From Terriglobia bacterium (GTDB lineage Bacteria; Acidobacteriota; Polarisedimenticolia; Polarisedimenticolales; JAIQFR01), in contig CAVVHE010000004.1 of NCBI GenBank assembly GCA_963748015.1, forward strand, positions 800,001 to 864,000: 64,000 nucleotides of DNA. The letters are read 5' to 3'. Position numbers and translations under genes: made by a program. Position 1 is the stretch's first letter; every line of letters starts with the position of its first letter. Under the pieces are notes generated by a model. It did not search any database and had not been told where the DNA came from. It saw only the letters and a program-made list of their open reading frames with translations. Shown here one piece after another: positions 47,880 to 58,385 of the stretch.

Positions 47880-49943
47880 TCACGACCTGAGGCGGGCCTC
47901 TTGCGTCGCCTCGGCCGACGCCACCAACTCCCTACGGTACCCCTCCGTCTCGACGTCGGTCAACGTCTTCTCGGCCGGCTGGAGAATAACACGCACCGTC
48001 ACCGAGACCTCGCCGGGAGCGAGCGGCTCACCCTGGTACCTGTCGAGCGCCTCGAAGCGCACGGGAGCGGGTGAGGGGACGGCGGCAAGGGCGGCCAGCA
48101 ATCGGTGCCAGGTCATCCCGGCGGCGAGCACCAGGGAGAGGTCCCTGGTGACGGCAGGCACCCGAGGCAAGGCGGCGAGACGGCGCGGTGCCGCCGCGTG
48201 CCTCAGGAGGCACGTGAGATCGATTTCCCCGAGGTAGACCTGCGACGGCAGATCGAGCGCGCGGGCCAGGTCGGGATGGGCCTCTCCGCACCACGCGAAG
48301 TCCTGGCCGCTCGGTGACCTCCACGCCACGGAGCGCCCGGGGTGAAGTCCGGGAAGGCCGGCCGGCCGCCGTTCCACGGCGAGGCCGGGGCGGAGGACGG
48401 AGATCACCGACTCCAGGACACCCGCGGCTGCCGGAAGATCGACCTCGACCACGCGTTCGCCGAAATGGCGCGAGGCGGAGGCGCCCGCCCACGCGAATGC
48501 GACCCTCGAGGGCTCTTCGGGAAACCTCTCCGTGGAGCGTTGCAGGAACACGCTGCCGGTCTCGAACAGGCGGACGTCGACGGCGCCCCGCCGGAGGTTG
48601 AAATCCGCCGCCTTCAGGAGGCCGGGGAGCAGGGAGCGTCTCAGCCTCGCGAGCGTCTCGGCGATCGGGTTCGAGAGCGAGAGGGCCGGCTTGCTCGAAG
48701 GGGGGACGAACGCGTCGTCCTCGCCCTGGGCGATCATGGCGTAGTTGAACGCCTCGTGGAACCCGAGATGGGAGAGGAGCGTTCGGCACCGCTCCTCGGC
48801 GGCTTGCCGGGGGCTCGGCGACGTCACGGCGACCGCGGCGGAGGCGGATTCCGGAATCCGGTCGTAGCCGATGTGCCGGGCCACCTCCTCCACGAGGTCC
48901 TCCTCGCGCTGAAGGTCCACTCGCCAGGAGGGCGCGTGCACGACGATCTTTCCGTCGTCCGAATCCCGTGGCGCCAGGCCGAGCGCTGCGAGCGCATCGA
49001 CGATCGTAGCCTGTCCCGGATCGAAGCCGAGTAGGCGCCGCACGCGGGCCGGTCTCAGGACGAGGTGCGCGCGCGCGAGCGGCGTCGTCCCGGCGTCGAG
49101 CACGCCCGGCGCAGCGACGCCGCCCGCCAGCTCGGCGAGGAGAAGCGCGGCGAGCTCCTGCGCGGGAAGGGTTCCCTGAGGATCGGCCCCACGCTCGAAG
49201 CGCTGGCTGGCGTCGGTCGAGAGGCCGAGACGCCGGGCCGTCTTCCGAACGGACAGCGGGGAGAAGTAAGCCGCTTCCACGAGGACGTCCCGGGTCGCCC
49301 CTCCGATCTCGCTGTCGGCGCCCCCCATCACCCCGGCGAGGGCGACCGGTCGGGCGGCGTCCGCGATCACGAGCATGCCGGGCTCGAGGACGCGATCGAC
49401 GCCGTCGAGCGTGACGAGGCGCTCGCCCGCGAGCGCTCGCCGCACGCGGATCTCTCCGCCGCCAAGACGCGCGAGGTCGAACGTGTGGATGGGGTGTCCC
49501 GTCTCGAGGAGCACGAGGTTCGAGGCGTCCACGACGTTGTTGATCGGGCGGAGGCCGCAGGCTTCCAGGCGGGCGGCGACCCAGGCTGGCGACGGACCGA
49601 CCCTCACGCCGAGGATCACCCGGGCGGTGTAGCGCGGACAGAGGTCCGGAGCTTCCACGGCGAGCCTGACGAGGCTCTCGACCCGCTCACCCGTGCCGGA
49701 CGGGGCTCCGCGGCGGGGGAGCAGGGGTCGCCGGAAGGCGGCCGACAACTCCCTCGCCATGCCGACGTGGCCCAGGCAATCCGGGCGGTTCGCCGGGACG
49801 TCGACGTCGAGCACGGGCCCGTCCCGGCTGTCCGTCGAGGCATCCACGGTGAGCCCGCGCGCGGTCAGGGCGGCGGCGATATCGGCTGCTTCGATCCCCG
49901 ACAGATCGAGAATCTCGGCGAGCCACTTGACCGAAACGAGCAT
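47880..49943 (-). CDS. pheT: Phenylalanyl-tRNA synthetase beta subunit (short form)
   Basis: NRPDCLGHVGMARE, INNVVDASN, RFERG, DLVEEVARHIGYD, C-terminal FDX-ACB domain. Confidence 0.96.
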   Translation of the reverse strand: MLVSVKWLAEILDLSGIEAADIAAALTARGLTVDASTDSRDGPVLDVDVPANRPDCLGHVGMARELSAAFRRPLLPRRGAPSGTGERVESLVRLAVEAPDLCPRYTARVILGVRVGPSPAWVAARLEACGLRPINNVVDASNLVLLETGHPIHTFDLARLGGGEIRVRRALAGERLVTLDGVDRVLEPGMLVIADAARPVALAGVMGGADSEIGGATRDVLVEAAYFSPLSVRKTARRLGLSTDASQRFERGADPQGTLPAQELAALLLAELAGGVAAPGVLDAGTTPLARAHLVLRPARVRRLLGFDPGQATIVDALAALGLAPRDSDDGKIVVHAPSWRVDLQREEDLVEEVARHIGYDRIPESASAAVAVTSPSPRQAAEERCRTLLSHLGFHEAFNYAMIAQGEDDAFVPPSSKPALSLSNPIAETLARLRRSLLPGLLKAADFNLRRGAVDVRLFETGSVFLQRSTERFPEEPSRVAFAWAGASASRHFGERVVEVDLPAAAGVLESVISVLRPGLAVERRPAGLPGLHPGRSVAWRSPSGQDFAWCGEAHPDLARALDLPSQVYLGEIDLTCLLRHAAAPRRLAALPRVPAVTRDLSLVLAAGMTWHRLLAALAAVPSPAPVRFEALDRYQGEPLAPGEVSVTVRVILQPAEKTLTDVETEGYRRELVASAEATQEARLRS

Positions 49944-49973
49944 CGGAGCTTCTCACGGGGGCAGCTGCCCCCG

Positions 49974-50999
49974 TCACACGGAAAACTGCGAGAGGAACCG
50001 GACGTCGTTCTCCATCATGAGCCGGAGGTCGTCGATGCCGTAGAGCATCATCGCGATCCGGTCGATGCCCAGGCCGAAGGCGAAGCCGCTGTAGCGCTCG
50101 GGATCGATCCCGACGGCCTCGAACACCGCGGGGTGCACCATGCCGGCGCCCCCTAGCTCCAGCCAGCCGGATCCCTTGCACGCGCGGCAGCCGGAGCCGC
50201 CGCACACGCGACACGAGATGTCGTACTCGCAACCGGGCTCGACGAACGGGAAGTAACCCGGACGGAGGCGCACCTTCACCTCGCCGCCGAAGAATCGCCG
50301 CCAGAGCTCGGACATCGTGGCCTTGAGGTCGGCCATCGAGATTCCCTCGTCGACGACCAGCGCCTCGAGCTGGTGGAACATCGGCAGGTGCGTCGCGTCG
50401 AGGTCCCGTCGATAGACCCGCCCCGGGCAGATCATCCGGATGGGCGGCCGTTGCGTCTCCATGGTCCGGATCTGTACCGGAGAGGTGTGCGTCCGGAGGA
50501 GCAGGTCCCCCTCCACGTAGAAGGTGTCGGTCGCGTCCCTCGCGGGGTGGTCGGGGGGGAGGTTCAGCGCCTCGAAGTTGTGGAAGTCGTCCTCGACCTC
50601 GGGACCGCTCTCGACCGAGTACCCCATCTCGCGGAAGATCCGCTCGAGCTCACGCCTGGCGTGAGTGACGGGGTGGAGGGAGCCGAGCCACGGGACCCGG
50701 GCCGGAAGGGTGATGTCCACGCGCTCGCGGTCGAGCGCCCCGCGGCGCTTGGCGATGTCGGCGGCGGCCGCCGCGCTCTCGATCGCCTCCGTGATCCGGA
50801 GCTTGATGTCGTTGACGGCCTTGCCGGCCGCGGGACGATCCTCCTCCGGCAACGCGGACAGCCGCTTCATCAGAGCGGGAATCTCTCCCTTTCGCCCGAG
50901 GAACCGGATCCGGACGGATTCCACCGCCTCGGGCCGGTTGAGGGCGCCGGAGAGGGCCTCCCTGAACTCGAGCTCGATCCGCTCCAGTTCGTCGCGCAC
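49974..50999 (-). CDS. pheS: Phenylalanyl-tRNA synthetase alpha subunit
   Basis: HPARDATDTF, LRTHTSPVQ, FPFVEP, GFAFGLGIDR. Confidence 0.97.
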   Translation of the reverse strand: MRDELERIELEFREALSGALNRPEAVESVRIRFLGRKGEIPALMKRLSALPEEDRPAAGKAVNDIKLRITEAIESAAAAADIAKRRGALDRERVDITLPARVPWLGSLHPVTHARRELERIFREMGYSVESGPEVEDDFHNFEALNLPPDHPARDATDTFYVEGDLLLRTHTSPVQIRTMETQRPPIRMICPGRVYRRDLDATHLPMFHQLEALVVDEGISMADLKATMSELWRRFFGGEVKVRLRPGYFPFVEPGCEYDISCRVCGGSGCRACKGSGWLELGGAGMVHPAVFEAVGIDPERYSGFAFGLGIDRIAMMLYGIDDLRLMMENDVRFLSQFSV

Positions 51000-51009
51000 C
51001 GGCTCCCCG

Positions 51010-51372
51010 TCAGGCGCCGGATGCGGCCTGGCGGGCGGCGGTGACGACCCGGCCGAATGCCGCGGCGTCGTGGACCGCCAGGTCGGCCAGGATCTTCCGG
51101 TCGAGATGCACTCCGGCGATCTTGAGGCCGTGCATCAGCGCGGAATACGACATCTGGTGCAGGCGGGCGGCGGCGTTGATCCTCACGATCCAGAGGCGCC
51201 GGAAGTCGCGCTTCCTGGCGCGCCGGTCCCGGAAGGCGAAGGTCAGCGAGCGCTCCACCTGCTGTTTCGCGATCCGGTAGAGCTTCGATTTCGCGAGGTA
51301 GTAACCCTTCGCCCTCCGCAGGATCTTCTTGCGCTTGAGACGTCTCTTGTTGCCGCGTTTCACCCGGGGCAT
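51010..51372 (-). CDS. rplT: 50S ribosomal protein L20
   Basis: [33 protein letters not shown]. Confidence 0.98.
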   Translation of the reverse strand: MPRVKRGNKRRLKRKKILRRAKGYYLAKSKLYRIAKQQVERSLTFAFRDRRARKRDFRRLWIVRINAAARLHQMSYSALMHGLKIAGVHLDRKILADLAVHDAAAFGRVVTAARQAASGA

Positions 51373-51471
51373 CGCCGTCCTCCTTGCCGTCGAGCCTCTA
51401 AGGGCCCGAGCGGCGGGAATGCGCCGACCTCGAGCGCCCGCGCCGTCGCGGTGCGCTCCCGGCCTCCCTCG

Positions 51472-51666
51472 TCAGTTCGGAAGCATCCGCGCTACGCGCT
51501 TATGATCCGCGGGAGACACCAGCGTGGGCATGTCGAGGCCGCGCTTCCGCTTGGTCGTTTTCTTGGTCAGGATGTGGCTCTTGTACGCTTTGGAGCGCTT
51601 GAACTTGCCGGATGCGGTCTTCTTGAACCGCTTTGCCGCTCCGCGATGGCTCTTGAGCTTGGGCAT
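51472..51666 (-). CDS. rpmI: 50S ribosomal protein L35
   Basis: [23 protein letters not shown]. Confidence 0.98.
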   Translation of the reverse strand: MPKLKSHRGAAKRFKKTASGKFKRSKAYKSHILTKKTTKRKRGLDMPTLVSPADHKRVARMLPN

Positions 51667-51689
51667 GGTTTCCGCTCCGGCGAGCCGGT

Positions 51690-53618
51690 TCAGGGCTCGC
51701 TCTTACGTTGCGCGACGATCGTCCGCGCGTTCTCGATGAAGGCCTCGAGCGACGAAGCTCCCTGGTCCCCGCCGCGGCGCGACCGGACGGCCAGCGTTCG
51801 CGCGGCCGCCTCCCGGTCGCCCACGACCAGCATCCACGGGACCTGGTCGAGCTGGGCCTCTCGGATCTTCGCGCCGATCTTCTCACCGCGCGCGTCGACT
51901 CGGGCCCTGAACCCGGCGGCGACCAGCGCCGCGTGTACCTCGTTCGAAAAGGGAAGCGATCGCTCCGTGATCGGGAGGATCCGCGCCTGCTCCGGGGCGA
52001 GCCACGGGGGAAACGCTCCGGCGCAGTGCTCGATCAGGATGCCGAAGAACCGCTCGAGCGAGCCGAGCATCGCCCGGTGGATCATCACCGGCCGCTGCTC
52101 CCGGTCCTGCGCGTCGATGAATCGGAGGTCGAAGCGCTCGGGGAGGACGTAGTCGAGCTGCACCGTCCCGAGCTGGTGCTCCCGGCGCAGCGCGTCGAGG
52201 ACGATGAAGTCGATCTTCGGACCGTAGAACGCCCCGTCCCCGGCATTCAGCCGGTAGGGGTGGCCGCTCGCGCGCAGGGCGCTCTCGAGGGCCGTCTCGG
52301 CGCGGTCCCAGAGTCCGTCGTCCCCCGCGCGCTTCTCCGGGCGGGTCGAGAGGAAGATCCGCACCTCCGGGAGGCCGAACAGCGCGTAGGTCTCGAGGTA
52401 CATGCGGACGAGCGCCTCGACCTCGGTCGAGATCTGCTCCGGCGTGCAGAAGATGTGGCCGTCGTCCTGGGAGAAGCTCCGGACTCGTGTGAGCCCCGCG
52501 GTGACGCCCGACAGCTCGTTGCGGTGCAGCCGCCCGAAGTCGGCGAGCCGGATCGGCATCTCGCGGTAGGAGTGGCGTCCTTCCGAGAACATCAGGCAAT
52601 GGGAAGGGCAGTTCATCGGCTTGACCGCGTACTCCCGCCCCTCCGCCTCGGTGAAGAACATGTTGTCGCGGTAGTGCTCGTAATGGCCGGACCGCTTCCA
52701 CAAGGCGGCGTCGAAAATCTGCGGGGTGATGACCTCGGCGTATCCGTAGCGCGCGTAGAGCTCCCGCACGTAGCCGATCAGCAGGTTGTAGACGAGCGCG
52801 CCCTTGGGATGGAAGAACGGGCTCGCCGGCGCCTCGGCGTGGAACGAGAAGAGCCCCAGCTCCTTGCCGAGCTTCCGGTGGTCCCGCCGCTTGGCCTCCT
52901 CGAGGAGCTTCAGGTGCGTGTCGAGCTCCTCCTGATGGAAGAAAGCCGTTCCGTAGATGCGCTGGAGCATCTTGTTCCGCTCGTCGCCGAGCCAGTAAGC
53001 GCCGGCGACCGAGAGGAGCTTGAAGGCTCCGAGCCTTCCGGTGGAGGGGACGTGCGGGCCGCGGCAGAAGTCGGTCCACGATCCCTGGCGGTAGATGGAC
53101 ACGGTCTCGCCGCCCTTGGTCGCGGCGAAGTAGACCTTGTAGGGCTCGCCTTCCTTTTCGAAGAACCGGACCGCGTCGTCGTGCGAGAGCTCGAGACGCT
53201 CTACCGCGAGGTCCCTTCGGACGATGTCCGCGACTCGAGCCTCGATGGAAGCGAGGTCCGCTTCCGAGAAGGGCTCCTCGCGGTCGAAGTCGTAGTAGAA
53301 GCCGTTCTCGATCACCGGCCCCTGGGCGATCTTCGTTCCGGGGAAGAGCTCCTGCACGGCCTGGGCGGTGGCATGGGCCGTCGAGTGGCGAAGGACCTCG
53401 AGCGCCAGCGGATCGGGCGCGGCGACGTACTCGAGCCGCGCGTCGCGGCCGAGTGGGCGAGTGAGATCGGCGGGCTCGCCGTCCACGCGGACGGCGACGG
53501 CGGACGAAGCGACGCCGCCGAGTTGGCTCGCCAGATGGAGGGGTGTGGTCCCACGGGGCACCTGACGGGTGTTCCCGTCGGGCAGGGTGACCACGATGTT
53601 CCCCGATTCGCCGGCCAT
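51690..53618 (-). CDS. thrS: Threonyl-tRNA synthetase
   Basis: TGS domain, [38 protein letters not shown]. Confidence 0.98.
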   Translation of the reverse strand: MAGESGNIVVTLPDGNTRQVPRGTTPLHLASQLGGVASSAVAVRVDGEPADLTRPLGRDARLEYVAAPDPLALEVLRHSTAHATAQAVQELFPGTKIAQGPVIENGFYYDFDREEPFSEADLASIEARVADIVRRDLAVERLELSHDDAVRFFEKEGEPYKVYFAATKGGETVSIYRQGSWTDFCRGPHVPSTGRLGAFKLLSVAGAYWLGDERNKMLQRIYGTAFFHQEELDTHLKLLEEAKRRDHRKLGKELGLFSFHAEAPASPFFHPKGALVYNLLIGYVRELYARYGYAEVITPQIFDAALWKRSGHYEHYRDNMFFTEAEGREYAVKPMNCPSHCLMFSEGRHSYREMPIRLADFGRLHRNELSGVTAGLTRVRSFSQDDGHIFCTPEQISTEVEALVRMYLETYALFGLPEVRIFLSTRPEKRAGDDGLWDRAETALESALRASGHPYRLNAGDGAFYGPKIDFIVLDALRREHQLGTVQLDYVLPERFDLRFIDAQDREQRPVMIHRAMLGSLERFFGILIEHCAGAFPPWLAPEQARILPITERSLPFSNEVHAALVAAGFRARVDARGEKIGAKIREAQLDQVPWMLVVGDREAAARTLAVRSRRGGDQGASSLEAFIENARTIVAQRKSEP

Positions 53619-53702
53619 CTCGCGCCTTCCTCGCCGTACTCGACGGGACGATTCGACACCGGAAGCCCGGCCCTCCGGCGAGGGCTTCCCGGCCCCATGG
53701 AT

Positions 53703-53777
53703 TGGTAGGCGCGCGCGGATTTGAACCGCGGACTTCTACCGTGTCAAGGTAGCGCTCTCCCCCTGAGCTACGCGCCT
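53703..53777 (-). tRNA. tRNA-Val(GAC)
   Basis: aggcgcg/cgcgcct acceptor stem, anticodon arm ctacc-ttGACac-ggtag, ggttcaaatcc T-loop, encoded CCA. Confidence 0.97.
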
Positions 53778-53828
53778 TCTGCAAACTTCACCGCACCGGC
53801 CCGGCTTCGGCCGCCGCGACGAGGTGCG

Positions 53829-53857
53829 AAAGTAGCATAGGGTCCAAGGGGTGTCAA
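53829..53857 (-). promoter_or_regulatory. Sigma70 promoter of tRNA-Val/thrS
   Basis: TTGACA-N17-TACTTT with extended TG. Confidence 0.75.
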
Positions 53858-53905
53858 CGAAAGGAGTTCGGTTCGAGCCCGTCCCCCGCTTTCTCACCTT
53901 TTCTG

Positions 53906-53934
53906 TTGATTCGGCCCGGTACTTTCGCTACCAT
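53906..53934 (+). promoter_or_regulatory. Sigma70-like promoter of the MBL-carA unit
   Basis: TTGATT-N17-TACCAT. Confidence 0.55.
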
Positions 53935-54013
53935 CGTCACCCGCCTCGGAGCGCGCCGGGGAAGGGGGGCGGCCGTCCAGGCGTCGAGAGCGGCCAACAA
54001 AGGGGACCTTTTA

Positions 54014-54865
54014 TTGCTTCGGTTCTTGCGAGGAGAGCTCCGCATCACCCTGCTCGACGCGGGAGTCCTCCGGCTCGACGGCGGGGCGATGTTCGGAGTC
54101 GTTCCGCGGCCCCTTTGGGAAAAGCAGCGCCCGCCGGACGAACGGAACCGGATCCGCCTGGGGATGAACCTGCTCTTGATCGAGGACGGTACTCGCCGGA
54201 TCCTCGTGGACACGGGAGCCGGGACGAAGTGGGACGACAAGCACCGGGAGATTTACGGCCTCGCGCCGAAACGGGCGGAGGAGATCCTCGCGCCGGCCGG
54301 CCTCACCCCCGAGCAGGTTGACCTGGTGGTGAACACGCACCTTCATTTCGATCACGCGGGGGGCAACACGATCCGGAACGAGCGCGGGGAGTTGGCGGCG
54401 GCGTACCCGAACGCGAGGTACCTGGTGCAGCGTGGAGAAGTCGACACCGCGCGAACCGCCAACGAGCGTAACCGGGCATCGTATCTCCCGGAGAACTTCG
54501 AGCCCCTCCTGGCGGAGGGGCGGTTCGAGCTCCTCGACGGGCCGGTCCGCCTCGGTTCCGGGATCGAGCTCCGGCTCGCTCCCGGCCACACCCCGCACAT
54601 GCAGCTGCCCGTGCTCGCCACTTCCGAGGGAACGGTGGCTTTCCTCGCCGACCTGGTTCCAACGGCGAGCCATGTCCCTTACCCGTACGTGATGGGATAC
54701 GACCTCGAGCCGCAGGTCACCCTGGAGACGAAGCGTCGAATCCTGCCCGTGGCGGCGAGAGAGGGCTGGCTCCTGCTCTTCGAGCACGACGGCGACATGC
54801 CGGCCGCAACGCTCGAGGAAAAAGACGGGCGGCTCCGCGCGCGCCCCGTCGAGGCGGGGGCCTGA
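54014..54865 (+). CDS. MBL-fold metallo-hydrolase (YtnP-like)
   Basis: LDGGAMFGVVP, THLHFDHAGG, PGHT, GYD, FEHD; probable TTG start. Confidence 0.92.
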   Translation: MLRFLRGELRITLLDAGVLRLDGGAMFGVVPRPLWEKQRPPDERNRIRLGMNLLLIEDGTRRILVDTGAGTKWDDKHREIYGLAPKRAEEILAPAGLTPEQVDLVVNTHLHFDHAGGNTIRNERGELAAAYPNARYLVQRGEVDTARTANERNRASYLPENFEPLLAEGRFELLDGPVRLGSGIELRLAPGHTPHMQLPVLATSEGTVAFLADLVPTASHVPYPYVMGYDLEPQVTLETKRRILPVAAREGWLLLFEHDGDMPAATLEEKDGRLRARPVEAGA

Positions 54866-54866
54866 G

Positions 54867-56021
54867 ATGGAAGCGATCCTGGCCCTCGAGGACGGTCGGG
54901 TCTTCAGGGGGCGCGCGTTCGGCGCCTCGGGCGATCGGACAGGCGAGGTCGTCTTCAACACCTCGATGACGGGCTACCAGGAAGTCCTGACCGACCCCTC
55001 CTACAAGGGACAGATCGTCGTGATGACCTGTCCCGAGATCGGCAACACGGGGGCGAACCCGCTGGATCACGAGTCGGACACCCCCAAGGTCGAGGGGTTC
55101 GTGGTCCGCGAGTACAGCCGATCTCCCTCCAACTGGAGGGCGAACCAGGACCTGCACCAGTACCTGCGCGAGCACGGGATCGTCGGGCTTTCCGAGGTGG
55201 ACACGCGGGCCATCACCCGCTGCATCCGGACCGTGGGAGCGCAGAAGGGCGCGCTGTCCACCGCGGACCGCTCTCCGGAGTCCCTCGTCCGCAAGGCGCG
55301 AGACTCGGCGCCGCTCGAGACGCTCGACCTGGTTCGGCGGGTCACCTGCAGCGAGGCGCACGCGTGGACCGGCGGACGCGACCGGCGGTTCGCCCCGGCC
55401 GCGGACGAGAGCCTTCCGCCGCGCCGGATTCGCTGCGTCGCGTACGACCTCGGCGCGAAGCGCAACATCTTCCGCCTCCTGCACGAGTGCGGATTCGACG
55501 TGACCGTCGTGCCGGCGACCACGAGCGCGGCGGACGCGATCGCTCTCCGCCCCGAGGCGGTGTTCCTGTCGAACGGCCCCGGCGATCCGCGGTCGGCGGG
55601 GTACGTCGTCGAGGCGGTCCGGGGGCTGCTCGGAAAGGTGCCGGCCTTCGGGATCTGTCTCGGACACCAGATCGCGGGACTCGCCCTCGGCGCGACGACG
55701 TTCAAGCTGAAGTTCGGCCACCGGGGGGCGAACCACCCGGTGAAGGACCTACGCACCGGGCGCGTCGCGGTCACGTCGCAGAACCACGGTTACACGGTCG
55801 AACCCGACTCGCTGCCCGCGGGAGCCGAAGTGACCCACGTGAGCCTCAACGACGGGACCTGCGAGGGGTTCGTCCACCGCGACGCGAGGCTGCTCGCGGT
55901 GCAGTACCACCCCGAGGCCTCGCCCGGGCCGCACGATTCTCTCGACCTCTTCCGGGAATTCCGCGCCATGGTTTCGGAGGGACGGAACTACGGCCGGAAC
56001 GCGATCGAGGAACAATCATGA
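54867..56021 (+). CDS. carA: Carbamoyl-phosphate synthase small subunit
   Basis: GEVVFNTSMTGYQE, LSNGPGDP, GICLGHQ, QYHPEASPGPHD. Confidence 0.97.
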   Translation: MEAILALEDGRVFRGRAFGASGDRTGEVVFNTSMTGYQEVLTDPSYKGQIVVMTCPEIGNTGANPLDHESDTPKVEGFVVREYSRSPSNWRANQDLHQYLREHGIVGLSEVDTRAITRCIRTVGAQKGALSTADRSPESLVRKARDSAPLETLDLVRRVTCSEAHAWTGGRDRRFAPAADESLPPRRIRCVAYDLGAKRNIFRLLHECGFDVTVVPATTSAADAIALRPEAVFLSNGPGDPRSAGYVVEAVRGLLGKVPAFGICLGHQIAGLALGATTFKLKFGHRGANHPVKDLRTGRVAVTSQNHGYTVEPDSLPAGAEVTHVSLNDGTCEGFVHRDARLLAVQYHPEASPGPHDSLDLFREFRAMVSEGRNYGRNAIEEQS

Positions 56022-57163
56022 CGGACTGGAAATCGTCCCTGCGGGCCGATCCGAGCGCCTGGCTGCTCGAGAACTCGTGTGCCTCGATCCGCTACCGGGT
56101 CCTGACGGAGATCCTGGACCGCCCGAAGGAGGACCCCGACGTCCAGCAGGCGAGGGCGGACATCGCCTCGTACGCGCCCGCGCTCCAGCTCCAGCGGCTT
56201 CAGCGCAAGGACGGCACCTGGGGCGGCATGGTCCACGCCGGCGATCCGCGAAAGCTCCAGCGATGCGTCGAGAACGGCCTCCTGTCGCTCTACGAGCTCG
56301 GCTGGTCTCGGGACAGCAAACCGGTGAAGCAGGCGGCGGTCGCGCTTCGCACTTTCCTCACCGCCAAGAAAGACCTCAAGTTCTACGAGTTCGCGAAGGT
56401 GGTCAAGGCCGACGACCGCAGGGAGAGGTACTACCGGTGGTTCCTGCGGATCCTGTCCCTCGGCCTCCTGATCCGCGGCGGCTACGACGACGATCGGAGC
56501 CGCCTTTCGGTGCTCGAGCTGCTCGACCTGTGTGCCGGCTTCGTGGACGATCCCGTGTCGAGGAATCCGGCGGAGGAAATCGGCGCCAGCCACCCGTTGA
56601 TCCGTCCCGCGGCCTGGAGGCGCGACTACCCCTTCCTCCCGGACCTTTATCTGGCCCGCATCTTCGCCTTTTCCCCCTGGCTGCTGGACGGGGAGCTGGC
56701 CAAGATGCGCCTGAAGAAGATGTTCGACTACGTGATGTCCGAGACCTACCAGCGCCTGGCTCCCGACCTCGGCCTCGTTCGGACCGCCAAGGGGTCGTTC
56801 ATCAAGGGGAACGGGATCCGCGTCCGGTCGGTGGACCACTATCAGAAACACGGCAACCTGGACGAGCTCCTCCACAACCTCGAGCTGCTCGCGCGTCTCG
56901 GCCTGATCAACCGCTACCCGCAGCTGATGACCCATCTCGAGTGGATTCACTCGCAGCAGGGGAAGGAAGGGCGGTGGAACCTGACCGGCAAGCTTCTCAA
57001 CGAGGGGAGCCGCTGGACCGCGCTGATGCGTCTCGAGAAGGACTGGAGAAGCCCCGCGCGAAAGGAAGCGGACCTCACCTTCCGGATGCTCCTGATCCTG
57101 AAGTACCAGTGGGAGCGTCAGATCCGGATGCTCGACCGCCGCGAGGACGGATACCCGATCTGA
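56018..57163 (+). CDS. Hypothetical alpha-helical protein (prenyltransferase-barrel-like motifs)
   Basis: 381 aa, ATGA-coupled to carA; WLLE...IRYRVL, QRKDGTWG and QGKEGRW (QW-like) motifs. Confidence 0.7.
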   Translation: MTDWKSSLRADPSAWLLENSCASIRYRVLTEILDRPKEDPDVQQARADIASYAPALQLQRLQRKDGTWGGMVHAGDPRKLQRCVENGLLSLYELGWSRDSKPVKQAAVALRTFLTAKKDLKFYEFAKVVKADDRRERYYRWFLRILSLGLLIRGGYDDDRSRLSVLELLDLCAGFVDDPVSRNPAEEIGASHPLIRPAAWRRDYPFLPDLYLARIFAFSPWLLDGELAKMRLKKMFDYVMSETYQRLAPDLGLVRTAKGSFIKGNGIRVRSVDHYQKHGNLDELLHNLELLARLGLINRYPQLMTHLEWIHSQQGKEGRWNLTGKLLNEGSRWTALMRLEKDWRSPARKEADLTFRMLLILKYQWERQIRMLDRREDGYPI

Positions 57164-57193
57164 GCCTCGCCCGGCCGGAGACGCGCCCGCGCA

Positions 57194-58264
57194 TCAAGTC
57201 TCGACGATCGTCACCGCGGAGCCGGATGCCGCTGGCTTCGCCGGCTGCGAGGGGGGCGCCGCTTCCGCGCCGGCGAGCTTCGCGAAGAACATCTTGCCAG
57301 CCGCGGTCTGGATCACGCTGGTCACCACGATGTCCGCGGTGCGTCCGATCAGGCTCCGGGCGTTGTCCACGACGATCATGGTGCCGTCGTCGAGGTAGCC
57401 GACGCCCTGGCCGGTCTCCTTCCCTTCCTTGAGGATGGTCACCCGCATGGACTCGCCCGGCAAGACGACCGGTCTCACCGCGTTCGACAGGTCGTTGAGG
57501 TTGAGCACCTCGACTCCCCGAAGGGATGCCACCTTGTTCAGGTTGAAGTCGTTGGTCAGGAGGGTGGCCTTCATCCTCCGGGCCAGCTCGATGAGCTTCA
57601 GGTCGACTTCCCGGACCTCCGGGATCTCGTCCTGGGAGAACAGGACGCGCGCAAAAGGAGCCTTCTTCAGCTTCTGGAGGATCTCGAGGCCCTTGCGCCC
57701 GCGGGCCCGCCGCAGCGCGTCGGAGGAGTCGGCGATGAGCTGCAGCTCCCGGAGGACGAACGATGGGATCACCATCGTCCCCTCGAGAAACCCGGCCTCG
57801 GAGACGTCGGCGACCCTGCCGTCGATGATCACCGAGGTGTCGAGGATCTTGTAGTTGGGTCCGGCGGAGGCTCCCTTGCCGAGGAGGGCGACCACGTCCT
57901 CGCTCGCGAGCGAGGCGGCCAGACGAGCGCCGCCGACGCCGCCGGCATAGAGGGAGACGAGATAGACGAAGGGGCGCAGGGCCGTCATCTCGAGCCCCGC
58001 GGTGCCCTCGGGCAGCACCCGGACGACGACCGCTCCGACGAGCCCGCCGATCAGGACGCCGATGGCGCCGCCGGCCGCGGTCCAGATGTTGCGCGCGCGC
58101 AGGAGCTGCTCGGCCGCGAGTGCCGCCGCGCCGAACGCCAGCCCCGCCAGCAAGCTCGGAAGGGGGCCGCGCCAGCCCTCCCCGATCGAGGCGAGGGGCC
58201 TGAGCGCGAGCCCGAGGAGCAGCGCGACGAGGATCATCGCCGCGCGAGTGAACCAGCGACCCAT
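57194..58264 (-). CDS. PIN/TRAM domain membrane protein (YacL-like)
   Basis: TM N-terminus; ILDTSVIIDGR, TNDFNLNKVA, GVGYLDDGTMIVV, QTAAGKMFF. Confidence 0.93.
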   Translation of the reverse strand: MGRWFTRAAMILVALLLGLALRPLASIGEGWRGPLPSLLAGLAFGAAALAAEQLLRARNIWTAAGGAIGVLIGGLVGAVVVRVLPEGTAGLEMTALRPFVYLVSLYAGGVGGARLAASLASEDVVALLGKGASAGPNYKILDTSVIIDGRVADVSEAGFLEGTMVIPSFVLRELQLIADSSDALRRARGRKGLEILQKLKKAPFARVLFSQDEIPEVREVDLKLIELARRMKATLLTNDFNLNKVASLRGVEVLNLNDLSNAVRPVVLPGESMRVTILKEGKETGQGVGYLDDGTMIVVDNARSLIGRTADIVVTSVIQTAAGKMFFAKLAGAEAAPPSQPAKPAASGSAVTIVET

Positions 58265-58385
58265 CGCTCGATCCTCCTCCAGGAGCCCGTCCGACTCATC
58301 CCGTGGCCGAGCGACCACCCGGACGGGCTCCCGGGAATTGTGCCCCCTCGCACCTCCCCGCACAACCGGCCGAAGGACCCGGACG

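Noticed and set aside
53619..53702. T-box leader for thrS, or integration site at tRNA-Val
   Set aside because: Too short, no T-box motif, only a GC hairpin; no integrase or duplicated tRNA 3' end seen.
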